A stretch of DNA of 64,000 bases from an uncultured bacterium (GCA_963780225.1 CAWAAX010000004.1:32001-96000), one strand, 5' to 3'. Numbered from the stretch's first letter, positions 51,306 to 61,669 are shown. Numbers and translations are program-made. The notes: generated from the sequence alone by a model not told the origin.

Positions 51306-51365
51306 AAAGTGTTGCTGCCGAAGGAGGCCTAATTTAAGGCCGGGCTTCAGATGCCAAGTGAAAGA

Positions 51366-53306
51366 CTAATCCCATAATTCCAAAGTCACTCCGAACGACT
51401 GGGTGCGGCGGGGCATGGGATAGCCGTAGCGGGTTTCATAATTAGCGTTGAACAGGTTCTCCACCTTGTAATAGACCCGGGCATCCACGATTTTCAGGGA
51501 AAGCACTTGGTTACTAATGATATAACGGGGCAGGGTCTGGTTGTACATATTGTCCAACTGGGTGTCGTTATACTGGGACCAGAACTTCCAGCCCAGCTTC
51601 AGGTCGGGCACGATCTGGATATCGTTGATTGAAACGGAGCCGTTGGCAGTATGCAGGGGCCTGAAGGCCAGCTTTGGCCTGCCAACGGTGTCCTGTACCG
51701 CCAGACAATAGGTATAGTTGATGTCCATGGTCACCAGGCCGAACATCGTGTGGCTAGCCTGCAGTTCGACCCCCTGAGAAAGGGTCCTGCCGATATTCGC
51801 AACCTGGGTGAACAGAGTGTCCGGTATCACAAAAACCATTTGCCCCCAGTTGATCAGGTCTGTGGTACTGGACCGGTAAAAGCAGAGGGAGCCTTTGGTT
51901 TTTGCCGTGCCCAGTTTAATTCCGACCTCAAACTGGATGTTTTTTTCAGGCAGAATGCTGTCATTGCCGGAATAAACAAAATTGGTGCCGTAGTAGTTAT
52001 CGACGGAGTACCAGTAAAGGTCGTTCAAAGTGGGAGCCCGGAATGATTTTCCATAGCTGGTGTAGATGTTCAGATATTCAGACACACCATAATTGGCGGA
52101 AAGAGATGGTGATACCTGGCTCTTATAAGCAAAGTCCTTGTCGTATCTGGCGCTGCCCACGATCAACAGGTCTTTTAACGGTTCCGCCTGCTGGATCAGG
52201 AACGCCGCTTTGTGTCTCAGCTCGGGCTCTCCCACCCCGGTTATATAGCTCTCCACCATCTGGTATCCAGCCCCGGCCGTGGTACTCAGCCCAGGCATCC
52301 AGGAATGCTGGTACTGCCCCTCTACGTTGGTCTGCAGGGTGTAGTTGCGGCTGGTCACCAAAGAATACCCCATGTTCTCTATGGAATTGCGGGAGAGGGC
52401 CACAAAGCTGTTTTGGTCATAACTGGCCTTGAAGCTGAAATCCTTTCCCCAGTCTTTTTGCCGGTTGGTGGATGAGGGATATAGCAGCGAGCCCGGCACG
52501 CCGTTCTGGGACTTGTATTCCTGGTAGCGCAGCTTGGTCTCGATCCTGTCATAGGGCTGGGCGAACAGGTCCAAAAAGTAATTGGTGCCGTCGTAGTCGG
52601 AATTGACCCTTTGTCCGCCGGTCTTCTTCCAGGTGGCGCCCATGGAGAGGGAGGCCCATTGAGCCAAAGGCCTTGAGACCATGGCCTCCCAAACCTGGGA
52701 ACTGTAGCCGCCTTTTTCGAAATTTATCTTGGAATACGGTTTGAGTTGTTTGGAATCCCGGGTGATGATGTTGATCACCCCGGCCACGGCATTGGCCCCA
52801 TACAGGCTGGAGGCCGGCCCCCGCACGATCTCGATCCTTTCGGCCTGGCTCAGTATCCGGTTCAGGTCATAGCTTCCATTTTGGGCCGAATTGACCGGCA
52901 AACCGTCCAGCAGGTAAAGCACCTGGTTGGTGGCCGCCCCCCGGATGGAAAGCGACAGGGCGCTGCCCAGGCCACCGTTACCGCCCAGGGAAGCACCGGC
53001 GGTCTGGGACAGGCGGTTGGCGGCGTCAACGTTCGGGGTCAGTGGTTCGGGTTCCAGCACCGTCACCGAGGCCGGGGCCGACCGCTCGGCCAGCGGGGTC
53101 CGGGTGGCGGTGACCACCATTCCCTTCAGCATATAGACCGCCAGGGAATCCTTCATCTCTTTGGTCTTGACGGCGGCGGTGCTGTCCAAAAGTTCTATGG
53201 AATCGGCCGTGCTGTCCGGAATGGATGCGGTGCTCTTGGTGCTGTCGGAGGTGCTGTCCATGGTTGCAGCGGTCAAAAGAAATGTTGCCAGCAGGGATAG
53301 AATCAT
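51366..53306 (-). CDS. btuB: TonB-dependent cobalamin receptor (BtuB-like)
   Basis: VVTATRT, SIRG, ERIEIVRGPASSLYGANAVAGVINIIT, ENLFNANY; in B12-riboswitch operon. Confidence 0.85.
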   Translation of the reverse strand: MILSLLATFLLTAATMDSTSDSTKSTASIPDSTADSIELLDSTAAVKTKEMKDSLAVYMLKGMVVTATRTPLAERSAPASVTVLEPEPLTPNVDAANRLSQTAGASLGGNGGLGSALSLSIRGAATNQVLYLLDGLPVNSAQNGSYDLNRILSQAERIEIVRGPASSLYGANAVAGVINIITRDSKQLKPYSKINFEKGGYSSQVWEAMVSRPLAQWASLSMGATWKKTGGQRVNSDYDGTNYFLDLFAQPYDRIETKLRYQEYKSQNGVPGSLLYPSSTNRQKDWGKDFSFKASYDQNSFVALSRNSIENMGYSLVTSRNYTLQTNVEGQYQHSWMPGLSTTAGAGYQMVESYITGVGEPELRHKAAFLIQQAEPLKDLLIVGSARYDKDFAYKSQVSPSLSANYGVSEYLNIYTSYGKSFRAPTLNDLYWYSVDNYYGTNFVYSGNDSILPEKNIQFEVGIKLGTAKTKGSLCFYRSSTTDLINWGQMVFVIPDTLFTQVANIGRTLSQGVELQASHTMFGLVTMDINYTYCLAVQDTVGRPKLAFRPLHTANGSVSINDIQIVPDLKLGWKFWSQYNDTQLDNMYNQTLPRYIISNQVLSLKIVDARVYYKVENLFNANYETRYGYPMPRRTQSFGVTLELWD

Positions 53307-53336
53307 GTGGGCCTCGATCTAATTTATGTTAAACGG

Positions 53337-54107
53337 TTAGATTATTATCTGGGGACGTCCGGTTACCGGATGGGATATCTTATGGACCTCGATCTGGTAT
53401 ACCGGGTTCAAATTTTCCGGGGTCAAAACTTCCTCCGGGGTTCCCTGCTTCACCAGGCGTCCCCGGTCCAAAAGCAGCAGGTGGTCGCAGAACTGTCCGG
53501 CTAGGTTCAGGTCGTGCAGCACCACCACCGACAATACTCCCCGGGACTCGGCCAGTTCCCTCACCAGAGATAGGATCTGTTTCTGGTGCTTCAGGTCCAG
53601 GTGGTTGGTGGGTTCGTCCAAAAGCAGGACCGATGTAGTCTGCGCCAAAGCCCGGGCCAGCACCACCCGCTGGCGCTCACCCCCGGAAAGGCTCCTGATG
53701 GGCCTATCTTTAAGATCGAAGCAATCGCAGTTGCGCATGGCGTTTTCTGCGATCCGGTGATCTTCGATCCCTTCGGGATGGAGGGGCCGTAAATAAGGGC
53801 TGCGGCCCATTAGTACTATCTCATAAGCGCTGAAGTCAAATGAAAAAATATTGTCTTGGAATACCACGGCCATCTTAAGGGCCAGTTTTTCGGGAGAAAA
53901 GCCCCCAAGATCTTGGTCTGCCAACTTTATTTCTCCTGAAAAACCTTTTTTATCCAGCATCCCGGCCAGGCACAGGCAGAGGGTGCTTTTGCCGGAACCG
54001 TTGGGTCCCAGCAGGCCCACCACCTTTCCCTGGGGCAGGGAAAAGCTGACGCCGTCCAGGGCTTTTAACGGCCCGTATTGGTATGAAAGATCTTTTACTT
54101 CGATCAC
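53337..54107 (-). CDS. btuD: Cobalamin/Fe-siderophore ABC ATPase
   Basis: GPNGSGKST, LSGGERQR, LLDEPTNHLD. Confidence 0.87.
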   Translation of the reverse strand: MIEVKDLSYQYGPLKALDGVSFSLPQGKVVGLLGPNGSGKSTLCLCLAGMLDKKGFSGEIKLADQDLGGFSPEKLALKMAVVFQDNIFSFDFSAYEIVLMGRSPYLRPLHPEGIEDHRIAENAMRNCDCFDLKDRPIRSLSGGERQRVVLARALAQTTSVLLLDEPTNHLDLKHQKQILSLVRELAESRGVLSVVVLHDLNLAGQFCDHLLLLDRGRLVKQGTPEEVLTPENLNPVYQIEVHKISHPVTGRPQIII

Positions 54108-55072
54108 AGCCCGGACCTCTTTTTGCGCCGCAGCAGGTAGATGAAGAACGGCACGCCCAAAAGCGAGGTGATCACCCCCACCGGGATCTCCTGGGGGGCG
54201 ATGGTCCGGGCCAGGGCGTCGGCCAGCACCAAGAGGTTTGCCCCCAGCACCACCGACAGCGGAAGCAGCCGGGAATTTTTGGGGCCTGAAATCATCCGGG
54301 CCAGATGGGGCACCACCAGCCCCACGAAGCCGATCACTCCGGCCAGCGAGACCACGGCGGCCACCATCAGGGCCGAGGCCAAAAGTATCCGCACCTTCAG
54401 CTTCTCCACCTTAAGCCCCAGGCTTTGGGCCGGCTGTTCCCCCAAAGAGAGCAGGTCCAGGTTGCGCCCCTGGCTCCAGAGGTAGGCGGTGCATACTATG
54501 ATGATGGCCGCGCAGACCCACAACAGATAGAGGCTCTGGGTGCCGAAGATCATCCCCAGGTTGCCCATCAAAAGATAGATCATTTCCTGAAGCTGGCGCC
54601 CGGCCAAAGCCAAAAGCAGCATGATCAGGGCCGAGAAGAAGGCATTAACAATTATTCCGGACAGGATCACAGTCTCCGCCGGCAGTCTGGATCCCACTTT
54701 GCTCAAATTGTAGACGACATAGAGGGCTAAAAGACCGAAGGCCAGCGAGAACAAGGGAAGGCCAACGGCCCCGCCCACCCCGGCCGAAAGGCCCAGCAGC
54801 AGGGCCAAAGCCGCCCCGAAGGCCGCGCCTCCGGAGACGCCCAACAGATAAGGTTCGGCCAGCGGATTGCCCAGGGCCGCCTGCAGGGCCGCGCCGGACG
54901 AGGCCAGCCCGGCTCCGGCCAGCATGCCCAACAGCACCCGGGGCAGGCGGATGGCCATCACCTGTGGGTCAGCCAGCAGGCCAAAACCGGCCGGCCCGGA
55001 AGCCAGTCCCAGCAGGATGGTCAGAAGACTTACCGGCAGCAGATAATACCAGGCTTTGATGTCACGGCGCAT
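54104..55072 (-). CDS. btuC: Cobalamin ABC permease (FecCD family)
   Basis: IRLPR, NPLAEPYLLGVSGGA, IGFVGLVVPH. Confidence 0.88.
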   Translation of the reverse strand: MRRDIKAWYYLLPVSLLTILLGLASGPAGFGLLADPQVMAIRLPRVLLGMLAGAGLASSGAALQAALGNPLAEPYLLGVSGGAAFGAALALLLGLSAGVGGAVGLPLFSLAFGLLALYVVYNLSKVGSRLPAETVILSGIIVNAFFSALIMLLLALAGRQLQEMIYLLMGNLGMIFGTQSLYLLWVCAAIIIVCTAYLWSQGRNLDLLSLGEQPAQSLGLKVEKLKVRILLASALMVAAVVSLAGVIGFVGLVVPHLARMISGPKNSRLLPLSVVLGANLLVLADALARTIAPQEIPVGVITSLLGVPFFIYLLRRKKRSGL

Positions 55073-55952
55073 AGAATATCCCATGCAGTATCTTTAATCC
55101 TTCCGTAAAACGGGGGCCGGGGCGCAGGATCACGTCCTGATCCAGCCCGGGGTAGATCCGGCCGTTTCTGACGGCCGAGACATTCTGCCAGCCCAGCCGC
55201 TGTTCGATCTGTTCTTTTGTAGCCTGGGGGTGGAGCACGATGATGATATCGGGGTTATTTTTTACCACCAGTTCGGGGTTGACTGCGGCGTATGATGAGG
55301 GGATGTTCCCGGTGACGTTGATCCCGCCGGCCAGGGCTATCATCTGGCCGATGAAGCTGGAATCCCCGGCGGCGAACAGGGGGGAGGAACCCAGCTCGGC
55401 AAAGACCTTCGGTCTTTTTCCCACAGGCACCGAATCCACCGCGGCTTGGATGGCGGCCAGCTGAAGGTCCATTTCCCGGTTCAACGAATCCGCCCGGCTT
55501 GGGCATTCCAGCAACTGGCCCAGCACTCTTAAGGCCCTTTGGATGTCGGCCACGGTCTCGTCCTTAAAGCAGAGAACCGGAATGTTCAGGGCTTCGAATT
55601 TCTCAAGCAGCGGACTGGGCCGGCTGCCGATCATCAGAGCCAGGTCCGGCTTAAGCGAGACCATCCGCTCGAAGTTGGGGCTCATCATGTCGCCGACCAC
55701 GGTCTTTTCTTTGGCTTGGGGCGGCCAGTTGCACCAGGCGGTGACCCCCGCCAGCCGGCCCTCTCCGCCCAGGGCGTAGACCATCTCAGTCAGGCTGGGG
55801 GCAAAGGAGATCACTCTTAACGGGGCTTGGTTCAGGCTGACGGTTCGGCCCAGGTCGTCGGTGATGCTCAATGTCATCTTACCATGCGGCCGGGGCTGGG
55901 CGCTGCATCCCAGGAGAAACAATAGGGATATGAAATAAAGGGATCGTTTCAT
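55062..55952 (-). CDS. btuF: Cobalamin-binding lipoprotein
   Basis: Lipobox LLGC, TDDLGR, RVISFAPSLTE, RPGPR. Confidence 0.88.
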   Translation of the reverse strand: MKRSLYFISLLFLLGCSAQPRPHGKMTLSITDDLGRTVSLNQAPLRVISFAPSLTEMVYALGGEGRLAGVTAWCNWPPQAKEKTVVGDMMSPNFERMVSLKPDLALMIGSRPSPLLEKFEALNIPVLCFKDETVADIQRALRVLGQLLECPSRADSLNREMDLQLAAIQAAVDSVPVGKRPKVFAELGSSPLFAAGDSSFIGQMIALAGGINVTGNIPSSYAAVNPELVVKNNPDIIIVLHPQATKEQIEQRLGWQNVSAVRNGRIYPGLDQDVILRPGPRFTEGLKILHGIFYAP

Positions 55953-55992
55953 GACAGGCGGCGTTCGTAATTAGTGGGTTATTCTTGTAAAC

Positions 55993-56032
55993 AAAAACCC
56001 GTTCCTCTGGCCTTTTTAGCCGGAAGAACGGG
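55993..56032 (-). terminator. Riboswitch expression-platform terminator
   Basis: Minus strand CCCGTTCTTCCGG...CCAGAGGAACGGG-TTTTT upstream of btuF. Confidence 0.75.
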
Positions 56033-56159
56033 CTGGCAATCTTAAAACGAATGCTTTTTCAGCCCGGCCTTCCCGCGAAGCCGGAATAAACCTTGGGAAT
56101 AGGGAATGGATGCTTGGGGGTCGTGAACAAAACCCAGTAATCCAGTCCCAGTTCCCTGT

Positions 56160-56322
56160 ATCAAGGCCGGTCTCCTGGCTTGCCGGCAGCCGGATCGCCT
56201 TCCCGTCCTTTTAAGACAGTGGCTGATTGATCGCGACCATAACGCCGGTTCACAGTTGCGGGGCAGCTCCCGGTTTACACGGGATTCCCGATTATCCCCA
56301 AAAAAGATGGGGCACCTTGAAG
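56160..56322 (-). ncRNA. Cobalamin (AdoCbl) riboswitch
   Basis: Minus strand AGGTGCCC..AATCGGGAA..CTGCCCCGCAACTGT..GCCACTG..GGGAAGGC..AAGCCAGGAGACCGGCC; upstream of btu genes. Confidence 0.95.
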
Positions 56323-56580
56323 ATGGGATTATATTCCAAAACCCATGCTGCTGTCAACCATTGATTTTTTACCAAAGGCAGACAGGAGTGCCTCCGCTAA
56401 AGCTATGGCACTCGAGGAAGTCTAATAGATAGCGTAAGCGGATTTACATGATTAAAAAACCAGAATAAAATATCCCGTATTTAAGAGAATATCCGGATGA
56501 GTATGTTAACCATGTGAATTAAGCCAAATTCTGCCCAAAGGTCCCAAAGCAAGAAATATTAAAATAATTTTGTTTACCCC

Positions 56581-56609
56581 TTGACAAGTTGCTGTTATTA
56601 TGTTATTAT
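56581..56609 (+). promoter_or_regulatory. sigma70 promoter, extended -10
   Basis: TTGACA-17 nt-TATTAT with TGn. Confidence 0.7.
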
Positions 56610-56720
56610 TGCAACAGTAACAATAGAACGTTTGGAGAAGTAGAATCCCGTTTCGGTTGTTAAACCAAAACGGATTTTTTTATTCCTCCGGACAAAAAAA
56701 CCACAATTCCAAGGAGAAAC

Positions 56721-56993
56721 ATGAGTTTCACGGACAAGACCCTCACCTGCAAAGACTGCAGCAAGCCATTCACCTTCACTGCCGGCGAGCAGGAGTTCTA
56801 CCAACAGAAGGGCTTTCAGAATGAGCCCCAGCGTTGCCCGGATTGCCGTCAGAACAACAAGAACGCCAAGCGCGGACCGCGCCAGCTGTTCAAGGTGACC
56901 TGCGCCGAGTGCGGCAACGAAGCCGAAGTCCCCTTCAAGCCCACCGGCGACCGTCCGGTGCTTTGCTCGGACTGCTTCAACAAGAAGCGCTAA
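56721..56993 (+). CDS. Zinc-ribbon / CxxC-x17-CxxC domain protein
   Basis: DKTLTCKDC..FTAGEQEFY..KGF.NEP.RCPDCR; CAECG..VPFKP..RPVLCSDCF. Confidence 0.92.
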   Translation: MSFTDKTLTCKDCSKPFTFTAGEQEFYQQKGFQNEPQRCPDCRQNNKNAKRGPRQLFKVTCAECGNEAEVPFKPTGDRPVLCSDCFNKKR

Positions 56994-57027
56994 TCAGCCA
57001 ATTACTGTACATTAATATACGGTAATC

Positions 57028-57066
57028 AAGAACCCCTCCGTCCCAACCGGAGGGGTTCTTACTTTG
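57028..57066 (+). terminator. Intrinsic terminator
   Basis: AAGAACCCCTCCG-loop-CGGAGGGGTTCTT. Confidence 0.8.
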
Positions 57067-57296
57067 TCCCCGGATGTTCCGAGCAGGATTTTTAGGAATG
57101 GCCGGGGCATTTTTCTATTGACATTACAACAGGTTAGGATATAATTAAAAGTTAAATCATGGATTTGATCATTCGCCAGGGCCGCCGTCAATTGAAAATC
57201 GCAACGAAGCTCAAGGCAGGAGTTGCCGCCGGCTGTTTTTATATTTTTTAATCCAAGGTTAAACCATACACCAGTGGAAGTTTATCGCAAAGCATT

Positions 57297-58274
57297 ATGG
57301 CTACGGAGATAATTGACCGTTCTCATTTGAGCGAGAAAGCCTGGAACATCCTGTTGCAGGGATCGCCGCACTCCACCTTCTATCACGGTTTGGATTGGAT
57401 AGACGCCTGCTGCCGGGGAATGGGGGGGTACCGGCCATTTTTTGCGGTGAGCGACAACGGACAGGGTGAGTATCAGGCTGGCCTGCCCTTCGTGACCTCG
57501 GTCCGATCGGGGATCCGGCAGAGTTTATCGCTTCCGTTCGGGACTTACGGCGGCATCCTGGCTTTGGCCGGCACCGGCGCCGGCCAGCTTGAATCATTTG
57601 CCAAAGACACGGCCAAGGCCATGTCGGGACCGCTTGTGGCCCTGCAGAATATCGTGGAATATTCCGGTTTGCAGGATTGGAGCCGGTTTGGATTTAAAAG
57701 CACCCTGCTGCAAACCCATGTTACGGACATGGAGGAATACAACAAGAACCCCGTTCATCTGCATAAGCGCGGAGCATTGCAGGCCAGGAATCACGGGGTC
57801 CAAACCCGGCCGCTTGAGACGCTGGAGGAAATAAACGACTGTTATCGGATCATAAAGGAACGGGACCGCCGGATGGGCCAGGCCACCCGCTATCCCCTGG
57901 GACTGTACCACAGCATCTATCAATCGGTAGGCCCGGCCAAAAGGCTGTGGTGGCGGCTGGCGGTAAAGGAGCAGCAGATACTAGGGTTTGCCCTGAGTTT
58001 TGTAGACGGCCAGACCGTCTATTACTGGGAGGGGGCGTCCTCCGAAGCCCGGGCCGGGTTGCGCCCCAGCGACGCTTTGTTTTCCGACATTTTTACCATG
58101 GCCGCCGACCGCGGTATCGGGCAGGTCAACCTGGGGGCTTCGCCCCCGGGAGCCTTGGGGCTCGTTAGTTTCAAACAGGCCTGGGGGGGGCAGCCCCGGG
58201 AATACCGTTCTTACATCCGCCGCTCCGGCTGGATGAACCTGCTGCAGAAGATCAGGCGAGGGGTGGCGGGATGA
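57297..58274 (+). CDS. GNAT/FemAB-like acyltransferase
   Basis: TFYHGLDW, SLPFGTYGG, NLGAS..GLVSFKQAWG; promoter TTGACA-16-TATAAT at 57118-57145. Confidence 0.82.
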   Translation: MATEIIDRSHLSEKAWNILLQGSPHSTFYHGLDWIDACCRGMGGYRPFFAVSDNGQGEYQAGLPFVTSVRSGIRQSLSLPFGTYGGILALAGTGAGQLESFAKDTAKAMSGPLVALQNIVEYSGLQDWSRFGFKSTLLQTHVTDMEEYNKNPVHLHKRGALQARNHGVQTRPLETLEEINDCYRIIKERDRRMGQATRYPLGLYHSIYQSVGPAKRLWWRLAVKEQQILGFALSFVDGQTVYYWEGASSEARAGLRPSDALFSDIFTMAADRGIGQVNLGASPPGALGLVSFKQAWGGQPREYRSYIRRSGWMNLLQKIRRGVAG

Positions 58275-59338
58275 AGCTGATGCTGCTGGGCGATGCCGGC
58301 AACCGCCATGTCCTGCGCTGGGCCGACTACTTTGCAGAGCGGGGGCACCAGGTGCACCTGCTGTCTCTGGAGAAGGCCGGGCCGACCAGGGCTGAGGTGC
58401 ATCAGCTGAAAGCTCCGCCCCTGCCGCGGCCCTTGAGGTATCTCAGCATCCTGCCCCAGGTCAGGCGCCTGGCCGGCTCATTGCGCCCGGATCTGGTCAA
58501 CGCCCATTTTCTGCCGAACTACGGCTGGATCTCGGCTTTGGCCGGTTTGTCGCCGCTGGCCGTCTCAATCTGGGGCTCGGACATCCTGATCTCGGCCCGA
58601 AGATCGCCGCTGCATCTATGGCGGGCGCGGCATGTACTTTCGCGGTGCCGGACGGTGACCTGCGACGGGGAAAACCTTTTTGGAGCCTTGCAGGAATTAG
58701 GGGTGGAGCCAGGGCGCATTCTGAATGTCCCGATGGGCATTGAGGAAGAAATCATCACTTCCCGCAAAAACAGCTGGCCGCCGGATAAAAAAATACTGAT
58801 CGCCAGCATCAGGCAGCTGGAGCCGGTATACGATGTGGCCACCCTGATCGGGGCGCTGCCCCTGCTGGGGTCCGAAATCAGCCGGATCAGTTTGGCGGTG
58901 GCCGGAACGGGCAGCCAGACCGAAGCGTTGGCCAGTTTAGCCCGGCAGACCAATGTTACGGGAGATGTGGATTTCCTCGGCTCCCTGGGGCACGAGGAGG
59001 TGATAGGTCTTTTGCAGAAAACCGACATTTATGTTTCCACCTCAATATCCGACAGCACCTCTGTCTCCCTGCTGGAGGCCATGGCCTGCGGCTGCGTTCC
59101 GGTGGTAACCGACATTCCCGGCAACCGGGAGTGGATAACAGACGGGGAAAACGGATATCTCTTTCCGGCCGGGGATCAAGCTTTCCTGGCCCGTTTGTTG
59201 AAGGAGCTGATCCGCCGTCCTCCGGATATCGAAGCCGTCAGCCGGAGGAATGCCTTGGTCATACGGCAGAAAGCCCTTTGGAAAAACAATATGGCGATGA
59301 TAGAAGAAAGATTTGCCGGGATCACAGGCAATAAATAA
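58271..59338 (+). CDS. GT4 glycosyltransferase
   Basis: PDLVNAH, WGSDI, SLLEAMACG..VVTDIPGNREWI..GENG. Confidence 0.9.
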   Translation: MKLMLLGDAGNRHVLRWADYFAERGHQVHLLSLEKAGPTRAEVHQLKAPPLPRPLRYLSILPQVRRLAGSLRPDLVNAHFLPNYGWISALAGLSPLAVSIWGSDILISARRSPLHLWRARHVLSRCRTVTCDGENLFGALQELGVEPGRILNVPMGIEEEIITSRKNSWPPDKKILIASIRQLEPVYDVATLIGALPLLGSEISRISLAVAGTGSQTEALASLARQTNVTGDVDFLGSLGHEEVIGLLQKTDIYVSTSISDSTSVSLLEAMACGCVPVVTDIPGNREWITDGENGYLFPAGDQAFLARLLKELIRRPPDIEAVSRRNALVIRQKALWKNNMAMIEERFAGITGNK

Positions 59339-59360
59339 TCAACAGCGACAGGATCAGTAT

Positions 59361-60554
59361 TTGAAGAAGCGGGTAATAATAATCCTTTTATGTCCCCTGC
59401 TGGGCTGGGCCTCCCTGGCCCCCAACCAGATGACCGTCATCGATGGGCGGGGCGGCGCCAGGATCACCGAGACGGTGACATTTGACAAGGAGGAGTACCT
59501 GAGCCTGGCCGACCTGTCGGCCAACTGGAACGCCCAGGCCACCTGGTCCGAGCTTACCGGCAACGCCGACCTTAAACTTCCGGGACATACCCTGCGTTTT
59601 TCGGCCGACAATACCTTTTTTCTGGCCGACGGAAAATCCTACAACCTGTTCAATCCGGCCAGGCTTTATCAGGGCGAGCTCTACGTTCCGATGGAGCTTT
59701 TCACCCGGTTCCTGATACCTTTATGGGGGCGGAGCATCATCTGGGACTCAAAAGACCGCAAGCTGAGCCTGGGCGGGATCAGTCCGGAACAGATCAAGAT
59801 CCCCGAGGCCCGGCGCCGCAATCAGATCCCGGAAAAGCAGGGCATCCAAAAGGTGGTGGTGGACCCCGGACACGGCGGCAAGGACCCCGGGGCGGTGGGC
59901 CCCACCGGCCTGTGCGAGAAGGATGTGAATCTGGAGATAGCCCTGATGCTGAAGGCCATCCTGGAGCAGGACCACAATCTGATAGTGGTGATGACCCGGC
60001 GGGACGACACCTTCATCCCGCTGGGCGACCGCACCAAGCTGGCCAACCAGGAGGCGGCCGATGTCTTCATCAGCATCCACTGCAACGCGGCCCCGCGCAA
60101 AAAGGTGAAACTGAAGACCATGAGGGGCTCCGAGACCTACTTCCTGTCCCTGGCCAAGACCGACGATGCCCGGGCCACCGCGGCCATGGAAAACTCGGCC
60201 ATCGACTTTGAACAGCCCCAGAAGAACGTGGCCAACCAGGATGACGTCCAGTTCATATTATGGGACATGGTGCAGAACGAGTTCCTGACCGAGTCCAGCG
60301 ACCTGGCCGAGCTGGTGCAGGAATCGCTGACCAAAAAGCTTCCCGCCGTGCCCAACCGGGGGATCAACCAGGCCGGGTTCTACGTGCTGAACGGCGCCTA
60401 CATGCCGGCCATTTTGGTGGAGACCTCGTTCATATCCCACCGGGACGAGGAGAAGCTGCTGAAGAAGCCGGATAACCTGAAGAAGATCGCCCGGGCGATC
60501 GCCGACGGACTGGAGGCTTTTGCCCAAAAGTACAAGAAGGAATTGGGGCAGTAG
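59361..60554 (+). CDS. N-acetylmuramoyl-L-alanine amidase (Amidase_3)
   Basis: Signal peptide from TTG 59361; DPGHGGKDPG, EKDVNL, FISIHCNA, MPAILVE. Confidence 0.92.
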   Translation: MKKRVIIILLCPLLGWASLAPNQMTVIDGRGGARITETVTFDKEEYLSLADLSANWNAQATWSELTGNADLKLPGHTLRFSADNTFFLADGKSYNLFNPARLYQGELYVPMELFTRFLIPLWGRSIIWDSKDRKLSLGGISPEQIKIPEARRRNQIPEKQGIQKVVVDPGHGGKDPGAVGPTGLCEKDVNLEIALMLKAILEQDHNLIVVMTRRDDTFIPLGDRTKLANQEAADVFISIHCNAAPRKKVKLKTMRGSETYFLSLAKTDDARATAAMENSAIDFEQPQKNVANQDDVQFILWDMVQNEFLTESSDLAELVQESLTKKLPAVPNRGINQAGFYVLNGAYMPAILVETSFISHRDEEKLLKKPDNLKKIARAIADGLEAFAQKYKKELGQ

Positions 60555-60704
60555 GGGCTGCCGGTGGTTTCGGTACACCCCGCCGCGGGCTGAGTGATCG
60601 GTGATTTCAATAAACCTATTCGGAACTCAACCACCGGCCAACGGAAGGCACGAAATCTTGTCCTGAGCCGAGTCGAAGGAACACGAAAAGATGCGAAATA
60701 TTTA

Positions 60705-61241
60705 ATGAAAATATTATTCCTTTATGGCCCTCCGGCCTCCGGCAAACTCACGGTGGCAGAGAAACTTTCGAAGCTTACCGGTTTTAAAATATTCCACAAC
60801 CATCTGACGGTCGATTTTGCCATCCAGTTCTTTCCCTGGGGGTCGCCTGAATACGGAGAATTAGTGGGAGCAACCAGGTTAAAAGTTTTGGAATTGGCGG
60901 CTAAAACAAAGGGTCCTGGCCTGATAATAACTTATTGCTACGGTCACCCGGAAGATCTTCCATTCATCAAAAAAATGTGCCGCATAGCCAAATCCGCCAA
61001 TTCCAAGATATATTTTTATCAGATTCTGTGCGACCAAGACGAGCTTTTCAACCGGGCAAGGAGCAAAACCAGGGCCAAATACAAAAAGGTCCGTTCCCCG
61101 AAGGTCCTGCGGGAGATTCTCAATAAATACGACTTGTACACCCCTATCCCCGGCGTGAAAAACCTGCCGGTGGACACGACAAAGCTGAGCGCAGTTCGGG
61201 CGGCAAAATTGATTTATGATGACATCAGCGCGAAGCAGTGA
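60705..61241 (+). CDS. P-loop kinase-like (AAA/shikimate kinase-like) protein
   Basis: LYGPPASGKLTVA, FHNHLTVD. Confidence 0.82.
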   Translation: MKILFLYGPPASGKLTVAEKLSKLTGFKIFHNHLTVDFAIQFFPWGSPEYGELVGATRLKVLELAAKTKGPGLIITYCYGHPEDLPFIKKMCRIAKSANSKIYFYQILCDQDELFNRARSKTRAKYKKVRSPKVLREILNKYDLYTPIPGVKNLPVDTTKLSAVRAAKLIYDDISAKQ

Positions 61242-61263
61242 ACCCATCTGCAGAGGAACAAAA

Positions 61264-61635
61264 ATGGATGCAAAGCAAATAGAAAAAATCATCTACGAGC
61301 TTGAGAATAAATTACTACAGCCGGAGATCCGCAACTCGCCTGGGGAAGTGGCCAAGATCCTGAGCCAGGAACTGGTGGAGTATTGCAGTTCGGGAGATGT
61401 CTATGTTTACAAAGCCAACGATTGTTTCCCCTGCGGCAACATTGATTTTAAGATATATGACTTTGCAGTTAAAATGCTGAAGGATGATCTGGCGCTGGCC
61501 ACTTTCAAACTGATAAAACATTCCCAGCCGGATGAGAACAAAAAGTATTCCCTGCGCAGTTCCATCTGGCAGTTGATAGACGGGCAATGGAAAATGATTT
61601 TTCACCAGGGGACGCTGACCAGAAAATTTGATTGA
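61264..61635 (+). CDS. DUF4440 (NTF2-like) protein
   Basis: LENKLLQPEIR, SLRSSIW, WKMIFHQGT. Confidence 0.87.
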   Translation: MDAKQIEKIIYELENKLLQPEIRNSPGEVAKILSQELVEYCSSGDVYVYKANDCFPCGNIDFKIYDFAVKMLKDDLALATFKLIKHSQPDENKKYSLRSSIWQLIDGQWKMIFHQGTLTRKFD

Positions 61636-61669
61636 GGAATTATTTACAGTTTTCAAAGGATGAGGCATC

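Noticed and set aside
56441..56520. Empty-cassette inverted pair GATTTACATGATTAA / TTAACCATGTGAATT
   Set aside because: Only 12/15 match in AT-rich DNA; too weak to support.
60657..60680. Hammerhead ribozyme reading of CTGAG...CGAA elements
   Set aside because: They lack the full CUGANGA and GAAA core and stems I/III.
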